Shown here piece by piece: positions 37,895 through 52,387 of a stretch of DNA of 64,000 bases (positions within the stretch are counted from its first letter, which is position 1; each line of letters starts with the position of its first letter). This DNA is from Salpingoeca rosetta. Lineage: Eukaryota > Protista > Choanoflagellata. Location of the stretch: assembly GCA_033442325.1 (NCBI GenBank), contig JAWQFM010000008.1, positions 496,001 through 560,000 on the forward strand. Reading direction: 5' to 3'. A model generated the notes under the pieces. The model saw nothing but the letters and a program-made list of their open reading frames with translations, did not search any database and was not told where the DNA came from. A program made the translations under genes and the position numbers.

Positions 37895-39335
37895 GCGTGC
37901 GTGCGTGTGTGCGTGTGCGTGCGTGCGTGTGTGCGTACGTGTGTGCGTGCGTGCGTGTGTGTATGTAAAGGGAGGATAGCAGCAGAGCGGCACCTTGGTG
38001 TCAAGCATGTCGCGGCGGCGGTAGTGGTTGAGCTTCGAGTCGTCATCCATCTAAAGGGAAGGCGGGGAAGTGAAGTCGAACGAGCGGATAGGTACGACAC
38101 GTCAGCGTTGGAGAGCGTTTGTGCGAAGATTGTGTGATGCATTGGGCGAGGGAGGAGCTGTCTCAAAACACACGGGCACGGTCTCACACACAGAAACACA
38201 AAAACACAAAAACACAGAAACACACACACACACACACAGACACACACACAGCCGCTCTGCTTACGGTCACGTGGGTGACGGGGACGACACCAGCGGGCAT
38301 GTTCAGCAGGTTGAAGATGAATGTTGGCCACACAGTCGGCGTCAGCTCACTGCAGGTGCCCTGTGATCAACACGGTCGTGTATGTGTGCGTGTTGTAAGT
38401 GTGAACGACAGCGTCGAGAGGACAGTGTCTGCTTGACAGACTAACAGAAAGACAGAACCACTGACACGCAGACACACAAACAACCCCCCCCCCAACACAC
38501 ACATACAAGACAGACCTGTCTGCCTGCAGGCATGACGCTGGAGACGCACACGAGGGCGTCGAGACGGGCGCTCTCCCAGCGGCGCAGGAACGCAGCGCGC
38601 TCTTCCTTGGCAGCGAGGTGGTGCTGCCACAGCTCGTACACCTGCCACCCGTGAGAGCGGTGGGATGTGAACGCATTACATTGTGTGCATGTGTGCGCAT
38701 GTGTGCATGTGTGCAATGATGATGAGGGAGAAGTAAGTACAGATGTTCAAGGCGTGAGTGCATACCGTCTTGCGCCCGGTCATGCTGAGCACGTCCGTCA
38801 CTCTGCAATTCGTGCGGTGGGCGGCATGTGCAGGGACAGTAGCGGTGAACACAATGCAGGCGACAGCGTGACATGTCAACATACGAGACAGGGTGACGAA
38901 CACGGGCACAGACCCACAGGCATACATCCACAGATGCACGCACTTGTTTGTTGGGAGGAAGCGTGCGAGGGAATGGACAAACTGGGGCGCGCGCACGATG
39001 CGAATCAGCGACTGGATGCGCTTGTCAACGTCCTGTATGCAAGCGAAGGCGGTGGGTGGCCAGTGAAGAACGGAAGGGGGGAGGAACGCACGAAAGGTGT
39101 GTTGTGTGAGGGAAAAAGGCGTGATGGAGGAAGAAGCAAGCGCCAGCGAGGCACTTGAAGGGGCAGTCGTAGAAAGGCAAACAAGACCACACAGAGACAG
39201 GCACACAAACAGAGACACACGCACCTGGTTCTCAAGCTCCTTCAGCACGGTGTCACCTCCATCGCCAGAGACAATGCTGTGTGTTTCGACGGGAGGCGTT
39301 TGCGTGCGTGAGTGTGGTGACAGCAGTAGCAAGCA

Positions 39336-39370
<35 letters not shown>

Positions 39371-39417
39371 GCAACAACAACAACAACAACAACAACAGCA
39401 ACAACAACAACAACTGC

Positions 39418-39466
<49 letters not shown>

Positions 39467-40696
39467 TGGAACATTGGTTGCAGGTTCTCACGCGTAGTAG
39501 AGGAGGGCGAGGGTGCGGATGTTCGGTGCTTCAATCTCAACCAGTTCATGCCCACGCGACTCGAGCGCGCGCTTGGCGACCTCAACAGCGCGCAGGCACG
39601 CAGGCGTCGGCTTCACAAACATCGTGCCTGCAGCGATGTTGTTGTTGTTGTTTAAGTTGTTTAAGTTGTTTAAGTCGTCGTCGTCGTTGTTGTTGTTGTT
39701 GTTGTGGTGGTGGTGGTGAGGAATCGAGGCGTGGTTGTGCAAGTGTTCAGGGAAACAAGGAGCGTGCACGCCCTTGTCCAATTGCCAAACACAACGGCTG
39801 GCCAGTACTAGTACCAGTCGCCGTCGTCTCACCTTCAGGGTACTTGAAGTACCCGATGCGCATGCGGTTCTTGCCGCCAAACATTTCCTGCCAACACACA
39901 CACACACGCACGCACGCACACACAGACCACGGAAGGGGAGCATGAGCACTACAGAGCAGTACGTGCGCACGCAACAACCAAGGAAGACGCATAGATGTGC
40001 GTGCTTGTGCAAGGAAGACGCATAGATGTGCGTGCTTGTGCATTGCACGCGTGCCAATTGCATGTGTGCATCGACGTGCACCTCGTTGAAGGGCATGCGG
40101 GGCACGGAGCTGTCGAGGTTGAACATGAAGTCTGAGCAGATGTGGCGCATGGCCATCACGAGCCCGTCAACTGTCGGCGCCATCGGACCGCCCTGGCAGC
40201 AGCAGAGCGAAGAAGGGGGGGGGGAGAGGAAGCAGATGGAGCCGAGGTGAGCAAACGGCGAGCAGGGACGCATGGATAACAGCACCGCAGACACAGACAC
40301 ACAGGCATACAGACACCCACAGACACAGACACAGACAGAGACACAGACACACACGCAAACACAAACAGACACAAACAGAAACAAACACCCGCAGAAAGTG
40401 TATCAGTCTTACAGTTGGGATGATCTGTGTCTGTCCGGGGCAGGTGTTCATTGCATAGCGGCGGCTGACACGGCCACTCGTTGGCTTGAAACCGCACGTG
40501 CCGCAGTAGTGGGCGGGGATGCGGATGCTGCCTGCAGCGTGGCCGTAGTTTGTGTTGTGCAGAGGGTTGAGCGACACTTAAGTATATGTGCGTTCTGTGC
40601 ATGCATGTGTGTATGTGCGCGCGCGTGACGACGACACACTGTTGTTATTGCTTTGCTTTCCTCCCCGCAAACTACACACACACACACGCACACACA

Positions 40697-40728
<32 letters not shown>

Positions 40729-41203
40729 CACATAGCGCCGTCAGGACGAACCTCCAATGTCGCCTCCAAGACCAAAGGGAACGGCGCAGCGCGCGTGCAG
40801 GACGGCCTCGCCGCCACTGCATCGCAACCAAGGGGGCAAACGAGGTGGTGGTGCGCGTTGATGTTGTATTTTGCATGTTGAATAAGAGAGAGAGAGTGTG
40901 TGTGTGTATCAGTGGGTGTGACAAGGAGAGAGAGAGAGAGAGAGAGAGTGTGTGTGTGTGTGTGGATAGAAGCGAGTATCATGTGTGGCATGATACTGTG
41001 AGGAAGTGTGCCGTTGTACGGACACATTGCTGCTCGTGAAAGCATGGTTGTTGAGCCCACCTCGATCCACCACAGCAGCGGCCCTTGCGGTGCGGGTTGT
41101 TTGTCTCGCCTGGCGTGACACAGCAACAGACACAGTCGGGTACATGGTGTCAGCTACGGTGATGGGGGACACGTGCTTCAGGACACACATACACACACAC
41201 ACG

Positions 41204-41254
<51 letters not shown>

Positions 41255-41732
41255 TCACTCGCACCCTCCCTCTAGGCGGCGATGTGAAATGAGCGCGAAC
41301 AGGAGCAGCAGGCCGCGCTTGTCGCAGTGCGCATAGCAGACACATCATGACGCCACGCACCGTAGATTGGGTTTGAGCACTCAAAGGTGAGCATGGTTTG
41401 GGGCAGGTTGGTGCGGACGATGGGGACGCCGTCCTGGTCAATCAGCGCCTGGCAGCGACCAACCACGGTCAAGGTTTTTTTTTTTTTTTTTTTTTGGGCG
41501 GGGGGGGGGGTGGGGTGGTGGTGGTGCAGATGAGAGATGAGAAAAAAGGGGGGGGGGGGAGAGGGGCAAGCAGGAAAGGGAGAGACGATGGCGGGTACAG
41601 GAGAGAGGGGCGGGTTGGGTGGAGGAGGTAAAGCAGCAGTGGACGTGGCAGTGGGTGATGAGGTGGAGGCGAAGGAAAGGGCGGACTAGAAGACATACAG
41701 ACGACAGCAGACAGACACAGGCAAACACAGAT

Positions 41733-41794
<62 letters not shown>

Positions 41795-43515
41795 ACAAAC
41801 ACAGACACACACACAGCCCACCAGGCCACACGCAAAATACATGACGCGTGTGCACACCTGGAGGATCGGGCTTGTTGTTGAGACGGGGATGCCAGCACGC
41901 TTCTGAATGCCTGCAGTTGCGTCGAGGCCAGCGTACTATAAAAGGGCGGGCAGTGTACGCGAGTTGCGTCAAAGCCAACAAGCACACCAGTCAGAGACAA
42001 GACAGACGCACACACGCAGCCAATAAAGCAGCAGACAGACGGGACACACACACAGACAGACAGACAAACACGCACACACACAGACAGACAGACAGACAAA
42101 CACACACACAGACAGACAGACACACAGACACACACACACGCACACACACACAGACAGACAAGCACGCACGTGGTAGTTTTCCTTGACGCTGAAAGGGATG
42201 CCAAAGAGAGGGCCGAGCGGCTCGCCGGCTTTGCGCTTCTTGTCCAGCGCCTCTGCACGCTCAAGGCAGTCCGGGAACACATCGCACACTGGCGGGGAAG
42301 GAAGACGGAAAAAAAAGGAGTTGGGGGTTGGGTTGGCGGAGGGTGAAGGGAGGTAATGTGATGAGCAGTGAGGAATGCCAGCATGTTTGACAACGGGGCA
42401 TCATGCAGGCAAAGCTGCGACGACAGAGATTGGCAAACAGATTGACTGGCAAGGAAATGGCTTGGCACACACAGGCAATAGTGGAGACAAGACGCCCTCG
42501 AGCCAGGACACCTCTTTGTGAGAGCGTACCGCTGTTGTCACCGTCCTCCGAAGACTGTAGAGAGAGCGTGAGCGCGGCGCAGACAACCTGGGACACGGAC
42601 CACACTCCATCGCGCAGCCCCTTGCGCAGCTCCTCCGGGCTGCCCTGAATGGCCTTGATGGCGGCCGGGGACGTGCCGGCGCGCGCCAGCTTCAGAAACT
42701 GTGGTTGGCAGGAGGGGGTGGGAGAAGGGGGTGTTGGGGGGTGTTGGGGTTGATCAGGGGTGCGGTGCGGTGCGGACAAGGAGGTGAAGGACACACTGAC
42801 ACACACACACACACACATGCATGCGGCTGGGGCAACCGCACGCATACGCAGATCAACACACACACACACACATGTACACACATGCACGCACGACATGACG
42901 CACTTCGATGCGGCGCTCGGCGGCCTCGAGGCTGCGCTTTCTGGCCTGCTTGCGGTAGGCGAGGCGCTGCATGTAGCGAATACCAGCCCACATCAGGACG
43001 GAGGCCGCCACTGCAAGCCCAAAGCCTTGCAGCACAGCCTTTGGCTGCAACACACAGGTTGTGCAAGGCATATGGTCAGAGGTTACCGCTGTGACACAGG
43101 CATTCGCGGGAATGCATTGGGAATGGTGGCGCTGACACCCATCCCCATGCCACTGATCCAACATCAAACGCTCATCTGCACACTGGAGCGCGCAGACAAG
43201 CAAGCTCACCACAGACGGAACGAAAGGCAGCCAGGCAGCGAGACAGACAGAAAACAGAAAGCAGCGAGAGCGACACAGACAGACAGACACACACACACAG
43301 ATAGACAGACACACAGACACACACAGACAGACACACACACACACACACACAGATAGACACACACACACACAGATAGACACACACACACACACACAGGCAT
43401 ACGCACGTACGTGGGACAGCAAGAGCTGGAAGCTGTCGGTGAGCAGCGTCCACCAGTCGCCAACGTCATGGTCGAGCTCGTTCTCGCTCGATGGATGCGG
43501 GCAATAGCCACCCAT
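37641..43515 (-). CDS. FAAH: Amidase-signature enzyme, fatty-acid amide hydrolase-like, with N-terminal TM helix, multi-exon
   Basis: [13 protein letters not shown] (catalytic Lys), [19 protein letters not shown]|ETNNPH..GGSS|GGE, GGDIGG|[17 protein letters not shown] (Ser-Ser), [43 protein letters not shown]; stop at 37641. Confidence 0.88.
39337..39465. repeat. (AAC)n intronic microsatellite, (GTT)n in the amidase pre-mRNA
   Basis: Directly visible. Confidence 0.95.
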
Positions 43516-44349
43516 GATTTCCTGCTCCTCTTGCCTGCTTGCTTGCTGTGTTTAGCGTGCTTGCTGTTCAAACAAACAATAACAACGACGACCAATGTCC
43601 TTCCTGGCTTTTTGCGTGCGCGCGCGCGTGTGTGTGTCAAGTTCACGAAAATGTAATAATGTAAGTTCAACGGCAACGAAGGCTGCTGTGTCACCCCTTG
43701 TCACATCTGGCACATCTGGCACAACCGCAGCGAGCAAAACACAGCATGTCAGCACTGACAGCACCAACCACCACCATATCCAGCCAGAACCACAGATCGC
43801 AGATCGTACCTGAATCGACAGCATAAAGTGGATTTGTGCCGATGATGAAGAAAACATTTTTACATTTTATTATTTTGACGTATCGTTGCGTGCTGCTGCG
43901 ACACGACACCACACCAGCCAGACAAAGCAAGCAGAAGAAACAGAGGTGTGTGTTTGGCGGTGCGGGTGTGTGGGGCAACTTGTGGGAGAGGAATGGCGTG
44001 GCGTGTGTGTGGGGTTTTCGTGCGCACGATCTCTCTTCTTCTTGTCCCCCACAAACACCCGCACAGCTTTTACCACCATTGGCCGTATGCGCATCTGACA
44101 TCGTTGGCATATCCCGCGCCCGCCCTTGTTGCTCGACCTGATTTTGTCCTTGGATGGCTTTGGTTGGAATATAGACCCTTGCGGACCCCACCATCAACCC
44201 CGATCTCACTTTGCGGTCCGATTGAGCTTTTCAGCGAAGGTCCTGCGTTGGCGCTTTCAACACGAGCACCGCAGAACACCCCCCGAAAAGCGAAGCACCC
44301 CCACCCGCCCTCAAAACATCCATCCGCACGCGCGTGTACAGTTCCAGCC

Positions 44350-46406
44350 ATGAACCCGTCATACCAATCCTCACAGGTATACCCAAAGCGTTTCTGTTTC
44401 CCTGTGGTGGTGTTTGAGCACCACAAACACCCCTTGTCTGGTGTCATCCCTTTTCTACACCTACACACAGGCACACGTGCACACGCACACAACACACACG
44501 CACACGTGCACACGCACACACACGTGCACCACACACCAACAGCCACACTTCAACAGCCACACTTCAACAGCCACACTTCAACAGCCACTTTAATCAAGGA
44601 CATCACCCAAACGTAGCATCACAACACAAGCCCCTTGCAGCGGTTTATGTCACCCATCACAAAACACCTCCTTTGCATGCATTGACGAACCGGATTTGAT
44701 TCTCGCGTAAGCCTTTCCTGTCTTCCTCCAACTACACCAAATGCTCACCCTCTGCCTGACCTTATTGTTCTGTTCCAACCCCCCCCCCACACACACAACA
44801 AAACAAAGGCCCCGCTGACCACGGCAACAGGGACCCAACAGCCGCTTCAGCAAGATTCGCCGCTGATTCCCAGCTTGCACCCGCTCAATGGCCCGGCGCA
44901 GGCGATGTCGTTTGGTACGCGGCAGGCACAGGCACAGATCCCAACCACGTTCGTGCCCGCCACAGCGCGCGCCCCCGCGCCGCACAGCAATGGCGTAGGA
45001 GCCCACTACCACCAGCATGGCGCGCCCGCAGCGCCACCCATGTCTGCGCCCCCGGCATACACGGTCGCAGGGCCGACACCACAGCACACCTCTGCGGTCC
45101 CCGGTGCAACGATCCAGCCCCAGAACTCTACACCCGTGTACTCCACGGCAGGGCCCGCTAGCGCACCGCCGGCAACCACAGCCACGACCACGCCGCACGT
45201 CAAGGTTGCGCCGCTGATTGAGGAGCATGTGGGCGATATCCCTCCTCCACCACCGCAGGAGTCGGGCGCAACTTCGTCCAAGAACGGCAACGGCAACAGC
45301 AAGGCAGCAGTGCCGGCCTTCATCTCCAAGCTTATGACCATGATCAACGACCACTCCATTGATCATCTCATCTCCTGGACTGAGGTGGGGGCTTTGCCGC
45401 GTTTCGTGTTTGTTTGTTTGGTTGTGTGTGTGTTTCCTGCGTTTTGTGTTCGTTTGCGTTGTGAACTTGTGCTCTGTTTGCCCGTTTTGTGGCATGTGCA
45501 ATTGTTTGTTCGGTCGTGCGGTTCCTGTTTGCGATTTCTGTTTGCAATGGCTGCTGGGGGTGCGTTGGATCGCCACACACTGGCACTGGTCGTGTGCGCA
45601 CGTTTTGTCAAATGGGCGCGCCAGTGACGTCCATGCGTTTGCCTCCACAAGCGCAACACACACACACACAACACACACACACACCACAACACACACACAC
45701 ACACACACACACCACATACACACACACTTACACATTTACTTGTCTGTATCTCTCCACAGGGCGGGCAAACGTTCAAGGTGCACGATGCAGCCACGCTGGC
45801 CAAGGAAGTGCTCCCGCGCTACTTCAAGCACAGTAACTTCACCAGCCTCGTCAGACAGCTCAATATGTGTAAGTCTCCTGCAAGCATGTTGAGCGCTGTT
45901 GGAGAGGGGGGGGGGACTGTCGAGGGTTGTGATGGTGACTGTACACTGTGTGCATATGTGCGCGTGCGTGAGCTTGTGTACGGGTTTGCTTCTGTGCAAA
46001 TGCGTGCTAGGAATGCAGTGTGCATGCAGTTGTTGGGAATATGGATTGTTGAGAGATCTTCGTTCACGATGTTGTTCATGTTCCTTTGGCAGACGGCTTC
46101 CACAAGGTTGTTGGCGTGGACGCTGGTGGCCTTAAAACCGCGTCAGATCAAGTGTGGGAGTTTGTGCACCCGTGCGTGCAGCGCGACAAGCCACACCTGC
46201 TCAACCTCGTCAAGCGAAAGGTGCGGGTGAACAGTGTTTCAGTGCACATACATTGTTGTGTGTGTGTTGTGTGTGTGTTGTGTGTTGTGTGTGTGTTATG
46301 TGTGTGTGTGTGTGTCAGGCGTTGGTAGATGTGAGGGGATTATGTTTCAGACGTTATGTTTCCGATATGATGTTTCTTCCAACCCCCCCCCTAAATCTTG
46401 TACTTT

Positions 46407-46462
<56 letters not shown>

Positions 46463-46590
46463 NNNNNNNNNNNNNNNNNNNNNNNNNNNNNNNNNNNNNN
46501 NNNNNNNNNNNNNNNNNNNNNNNNNNNNNNNNNNNNNNNNNNNNNNNNNNNNNNNNNNNNNNATGAGAGTATAGAACAAGTTTCGCTCTA

Positions 46591-46646
<56 letters not shown>

Positions 46647-48480
46647 CGCACCTTCTTGGCACTCACCACCACAACCCGCCGCCACAACCCGCCATGCTCA
46701 TCACCTCAATATGCACGATACCCGTGGCCATCTCCATTGTGCAGGAGGGCAGCGCGACGCGACGCAAGATGGCGCGCAAGGATGTGGACACCGTCATGCA
46801 CGACCTCAGCGCAATGAAGGATGACCAGGCTGTCCTCACAACAAAGTTCCAGGACATGCAGAGGTAATCATGCGCGTTGTACCGTGTGCCTTTGCTGTTG
46901 GTTAAGAAAGAGGGGAGGGGGCCGAGGTGAGGGTTGCTTTCTGTGCATGGGTTTTCGTACGATGACATCCCTATCATTATTCGCTGTCCAAACTCCGTTC
47001 TCACCACACATGCACATATGCACACATGCACACATGCACTCTCACACCCTACCTTTGCCCTCTGCACGGCTCGCCCTCCTCCTCCTCCTCCTCCCATTTT
47101 TAGGCAAAACACGGCACTGTGGCAGGAAGTGACGCAGCTGCGACACAAGCACGAGCACCAGCAACGCATGATCTCCAAGATTATGATGTTCCTCTCCCGC
47201 GTCGTGCAGCACCAGCAGCCACAGACCATCAACGGCCCCGCAGCAAAGCGCGCAAAGACGTGAGTGTACACCTCCCCCCCTTGCGTTGCTGTTCAGGCTG
47301 GCGTGTCTTGTGTGGGTTGAAGTCGTCGTTTGGCTATCCCACCTTGTTTGGTGCTGATGGTATTGTGTCACCCACACATGGTGCAAACACGCGCGCACAC
47401 ACACATGTAACATACACATGTAACATACACGCACACCTGTAACACACACATCTCGCGCGCACACACACACATCCCGCTCACACACACGCACACATACACG
47501 CATGTATCAGGCTTGCGCTGGAGCCGCTGTGGGATGCCGAGGACGAACTGGATGCGGACGGGATTGCGTCGCTCGACGATGTTCCGCTCGTACCAGGATC
47601 TGTTTCGGCTGCCGACGCCCTCGCTGCCGCACAAGCAGCCGTCTCTTCAGCCGTCGCCGCCACCATGCCTGCAAGCACTACCATGCCGGCAAGCACAGCC
47701 ATGCCGGCAAGCACAGCCATGCCGGCAAGCACAGCCATGCCGGCAAGTATCCCGACGACGACTGTTGGCATGATGCCGACTGCGACAATGGCGGCAACCA
47801 CGACGGCGCCACAGGGACTGTCGCAGCTCGCGCCAGCCAGCAACGGCCAGGTGCGATAGCGCGTGCGCTCTTGTTTTGCTGCATGACGGCACACATCATT
47901 GTTGTCCGGCACGGTGACACTCGCTTTGCACCACAGGCAATGTCCTCCTCCCCCCCCCCAAAAAAGCCTGTCATCCATGTGTGCTGAGCCTCACCTCATT
48001 TCTGTTCCTTGCTTGCACTGTCACATCGCCTACATCTTGTATGTCTGTAGACTCTTCCAGTGTACCAACCAAGTAGGTGTTTGGGAGGATGCTTGTGTGC
48101 CCATTTCCCGCCCTGTGTTTGTGCACGTGCTTGCTTGATGCGGTCATGCCTCGTGCTGCTTTGGTTTCCAATGCTTATTCGTCCTGACGCACACTCTTTG
48201 CGCCGCTTGTTGCGCCGTGTGTTTTCATCATCACGCAATTTGCACATTGCAGCCATCCATGACCGTTTGGTGGACCTCTCCAACAGCGAGCGCGTAAGTG
48301 CGCCTGTTCCCTCTGTGCCTGTTCCCATTGCCGCTGCTGTACTGTACATTCACCCGACAAGCCATCGTGTTGTCCTCACCCGCCTACCTGCTTCTCTCAT
48401 GCTACTTTTCTCACGCTGCTTATTCCTCTTTCTTGCTTTCGCGCAACAACAACGACGACATTTGCAACACACACACACTT

Positions 48481-48533
<53 letters not shown>

Positions 48534-50854
48534 AACCGCAGCTGGCGGACGTCGAGAACATTGTTGGTCCGGAGCTGACGAGCAACGACGCGCGGCTGCA
48601 GCTGCAGCGTGACCGCCTTGCCCAGAGCGGATTTGACCCGAGCCTTCTCCACAGCCTGTGGGCGGCAGCTGGGGACGAAACGGCGCACGCACAGCACGTC
48701 GGTGGCGATGTCGACTTCACAGCGCTCACGCCGCCAACCACCATGGGACAGGTAAGCTTGTAATCTTCCAACACAACACGCATACACGTTTTTCCACGAC
48801 ATTACCACCACACCACCACCATCATCCCTGCGAACCCAATGGCAACTTGCGCGCCCCTATCTGCTGGCCCCTCTTGCTTCCCTACCTGCCCAAGTACATG
48901 CATGCAAAAAAGTACTTCCCCTCCCCCCCTTCCTCTCCACCCTTTGGCCCCTGTCTCCCCACCCTTTTTCTCCTTCGTGGCCCAACCACTATCCTTCTGC
49001 CTCATTCCCCTCTTTCCAGTATCATTACTTCTTCCCATTTCGGTGTCCTCGCTGTTCGTGTTCCAGCCCATTCGCTGTGCGTGCATGTGCACACGCGTGT
49101 GTTGTGCCTTGTTTCACCCCCCCCCAAAGCCAAACCACCTTCCAAATGCAAGGTGCGCACTTTTTGTGCCAATTTTTTTTTCCAAGTGGGGTTGCACACA
49201 ACACAGCGAATGTCCAGCTTCCTTTCTCCAATCACGTGTGTGGATCAATTGTGTTTTCCGCGTGCCTGTGACATACCTTCAATGTGTCGCAACGTTTGTT
49301 CATTGGTCATGCACGCTGTTCCACACCTTTTGCCATTGTGTGCGGGTTTTCTTCACCCCTCCACACAGCTGCACTGCGCATTACTGCCTTGCCCATACCT
49401 CCGTCCCCTGGAACCCCCCCCCTCCCTCTCTCTCCGTCGTCGATATCTAGCGATCCCAGCACACATGTGTGAGGGGCGCATTGACTTGCTATTGGGTGCA
49501 AGCTGCGTGGCCCAACCGCGCAAGCACACCACGCAGCGCTAACCACTGGTGTAGCCAGCCGTAATCGTGTGCGTCCGTGTTGCGTTTTTCTCCAAACACA
49601 ACACATCCATCCGCCGCCACTACAATGTGTACACTGTGCACGGCGTGCGCGGACGGTGGTCCCCCGCTTGCATTCCTCCTTCACACCCCCTCTGCGTCTT
49701 CTTCTTCATTGTACACCACTCGGTTTGTTTTGTGTTTACACATCAGTTCATGGCGGTCCCACCGCAACATCCACCACCACCACCACCACCACCACCATAC
49801 CATCTACCATCCCTCCCACCATCATCACTTCATCAACAACTTCGGCACCTTCTCCCATATATGAAATCACAGTTGCATTGACCCGCCCCCCCCCTTTTAT
49901 TTTCGGTTGTGTTCGTCTCTTCCGCTGTCTGTGTGCCTGTCTTCTTTTGTTGTTGTTTTTTTTTTGCTGTTCGTTCGCGGTCGCGGCGCTGTCACGTCAC
50001 AGCGCCGGATCGCCTTGTCGTTGTCACCTTAATGACACTTCGCCCATGTCATCAGCAGGCCCAGTAGCTTGTATGTGCATTCGTCGCCCATGTTGGTGAC
50101 CGTATCCTTTTCACGTCCCTTCTCTTTCGTGCTTCTGTTCTTTGGCTCCCCTTAACGATACACCTGGATGTCAAATCCCCTTAATGTGATGTTGCTGTTG
50201 TGAGCAACTCAAGCTGTCATTTCACATGTCTTAATTGACACCCGCTCTTTGCTGGGTTTTCGTGTTTGTTTACCGACTGTGAGGACAACCGTTACCTTTC
50301 GCATCTGTCGCTTCTTTGTCATCTCACCACCACTTGGCCCCTCCCGTCTTCCCGCTCTCTCTGTATCCCTGCCACCCTTTCATGCTGCCCATTGTTTGAT
50401 TGCTCCCACCTTTTCTCCCAACCACTCTGCATGCATGTACGCGGGCCCACTCCTCGCTCCACCACCATCATCATCATCTTCATCATCATCATCAACTACA
50501 ACCCCTCCCCCCCACCACGCAACAACAACTACTGCCACATCTCCACATCTCCACATCTTCATCTCCTCGCCACCTCGTCCTTGCGTTGCTGTTTTCGCCA
50601 CAAAACAACACAAACCAAAGAGTCGTGCTTTGTCTCACTCGCTGTTGGGCAACAAACAGAATGTCATGTACTCTCCGCTCGACCTGGACGTCTCTGGCTC
50701 CAACGAGCCCTCACCACCCCTCCACTCGCCGCCTGCCACCGCCACCGCCACCGCTGCCACCTCTACCTCCGTCGCGACGTCACTTGACAGCGGCTTGCAA
50801 GCACACGTGGAGTCTCCAGCTGACTTCAACTCGCCGCCCGCAAGCTCCGCCTGA
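44350..50854 (+). CDS. HSF1: Heat shock transcription factor (HSF DNA-binding domain, HR-A/B, probable HR-C), multi-exon
   Basis: [20 protein letters not shown]|[31 protein letters not shown]|YGFHKV..WEFVHP..LVKRK; [34 protein letters not shown]. The first exon (44350-44376) and last exon (50660-50854) are less certain. Confidence 0.88.
44537..44588. repeat. 14-bp tandem repeat (CAACAGCCACACTT) x3.7 in HSF intron 1
   Basis: Directly visible. Confidence 0.9.
46463..46562. other. Assembly gap (100 N) inside an HSF intron, flanked by (CA)n
   Basis: Run of N. Confidence 1.
47665..47748 (+). repeat. Coding 18-bp tandem repeat encoding (MPASTA) x~4.7 in HSF
   Basis: ATGCCGGCAAGCACAGCC units, in frame in an HSF exon. 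Confidence 0.9.
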
Positions 50855-52387
50855 ACAGCCACAGTCACAGCTGCCGCTGTTTTAAACCCCCACCCCCTTG
50901 TCTGTTAATCAAACAGCAGGCTTGGTCTTCCACTCCTTTGGCCTGCCATTATTTCGACACGATCCTCCCCTACCGCTATCACCCTTTTCACTTGTGTCCC
51001 TCGCTGTATTCGGCCTGCTTGTTCTTGCTTTTCGGACTAACATGCGCGTGTTTGAATCGAGAAAGAGCTGATGCCCCCGTTCCCCCCCCCCTTCCCTGAA
51101 CGACCGTACCACTTGTACTAGTGATCTGTGTTCGTGCGTGTGAGTGTGCGCGATCCTCTCTTCTTCTTCGTATTGTTCTCAGCTGCTATGACGGCGCGAG
51201 ACGGTTGTCCTCCTTCCCATGTTCCTGCCCATGGCATGTCATCATTGAAGCGTTTATTGCCCTGCTTCCATTTGTACCGTAGGCGCTCCTCTGCTGTAAC
51301 TGTCCGCTGTTGCTTCCCATCATGGGGATCACGTCTTCGTGTTCCTGGCTGTACTCGCCACAGTCGGCTGTTCCGGCTGTGTTGCTTGGTGTGGGTGGTT
51401 GTTGTTGTTTTGTTGTTTTGTTGTTGCGTTTTGTTAGTGTCTTCCTCTTCAGATCACTGTTTGTATCCTTTCCCACCCCTACGCTGATGACTGATTACTT
51501 AGCCTTCCACGACTACATATTAAGTCATTCATTCGCCTGTTGTTGTGTTGTGTTCCCAGCGTGGCTATGCGCTGCCTTCATACCTTGTCCTCGCTTATAC
51601 CTGCTGTATTTGCTTGCGTGCGTGCGTATGTGCGTGTGTGTGTGTGTCAGCGTGCATGCCTTGGCGTGGATGTGCGCGTGGTACGTGTGCATGCCTGTAT
51701 TCGTCAGCCACGCCTCGGCAAACTGTTTCGAACATAGGCATTGTTTCTGTTACACATGAATGAACAGCGTGGCCCCACAGATACACCGCGTCAAACGAAG
51801 CAATCACAACAGTTCCCAAAGATGTTGGTCTTGTTGACTTTGCATTGGGCTCTATTGTGTTGGTCAACTGCTACCAGTCGCATTGACAGCAAACATAACC
51901 ACCTCCAGCACCACCACAACAACAAAAACAACACACACACACACACGCACACACACACGGACGGCCGCCTGTGTCACACCGTAGGCAACACCACCAAGAA
52001 AGGTAACATAACAACATGCACACGCACGCACACATGCGCAGAGAAATAGTAGGAGAGACAACAATGCATGCACAGCTTCACGTGTGAGCGTGTGTGCAGT
52101 CACATGACAAGCACAATCGCGGGCGGCTGCCAGTTCGTGCAACAAAAAAAAACCGCATTGCATCACGTCAGTTGGTATCTGAGTCGTAGCCCCACTCGTA
52201 ATCGGAGGAATCATCACTGCTGTCATCCTCAGCTTCATCCTGGATACAAGACGGGAAACGGGGGAGGGGAGTGGAGTCAGTGATGGGCCATGTCAGGGGC
52301 AGCAGCACATCAACAAATTATGACGGTTGACACCAAAAACAATGTGCCCCACCCTCCATGTCAAGTTTGAAGGCAAAATTACAAACC

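Noticed and set aside
43516-44349. Autoregulatory heat-shock elements upstream of HSF
   Set aside because: I found no convincing nGAAnnTTCnnGAAn triplet by eye.
44537-44588. Short direct repeats as a possible CRISPR array (also 12211-12291 and 47665-47748)
   Set aside because: They are contiguous tandem units without spacers, there are no cas genes, and the context is eukaryotic.
51483-51545. C-box-like TGATGA as a possible C/D snoRNA
   Set aside because: No suitably spaced terminal D box or closing stem was identified.
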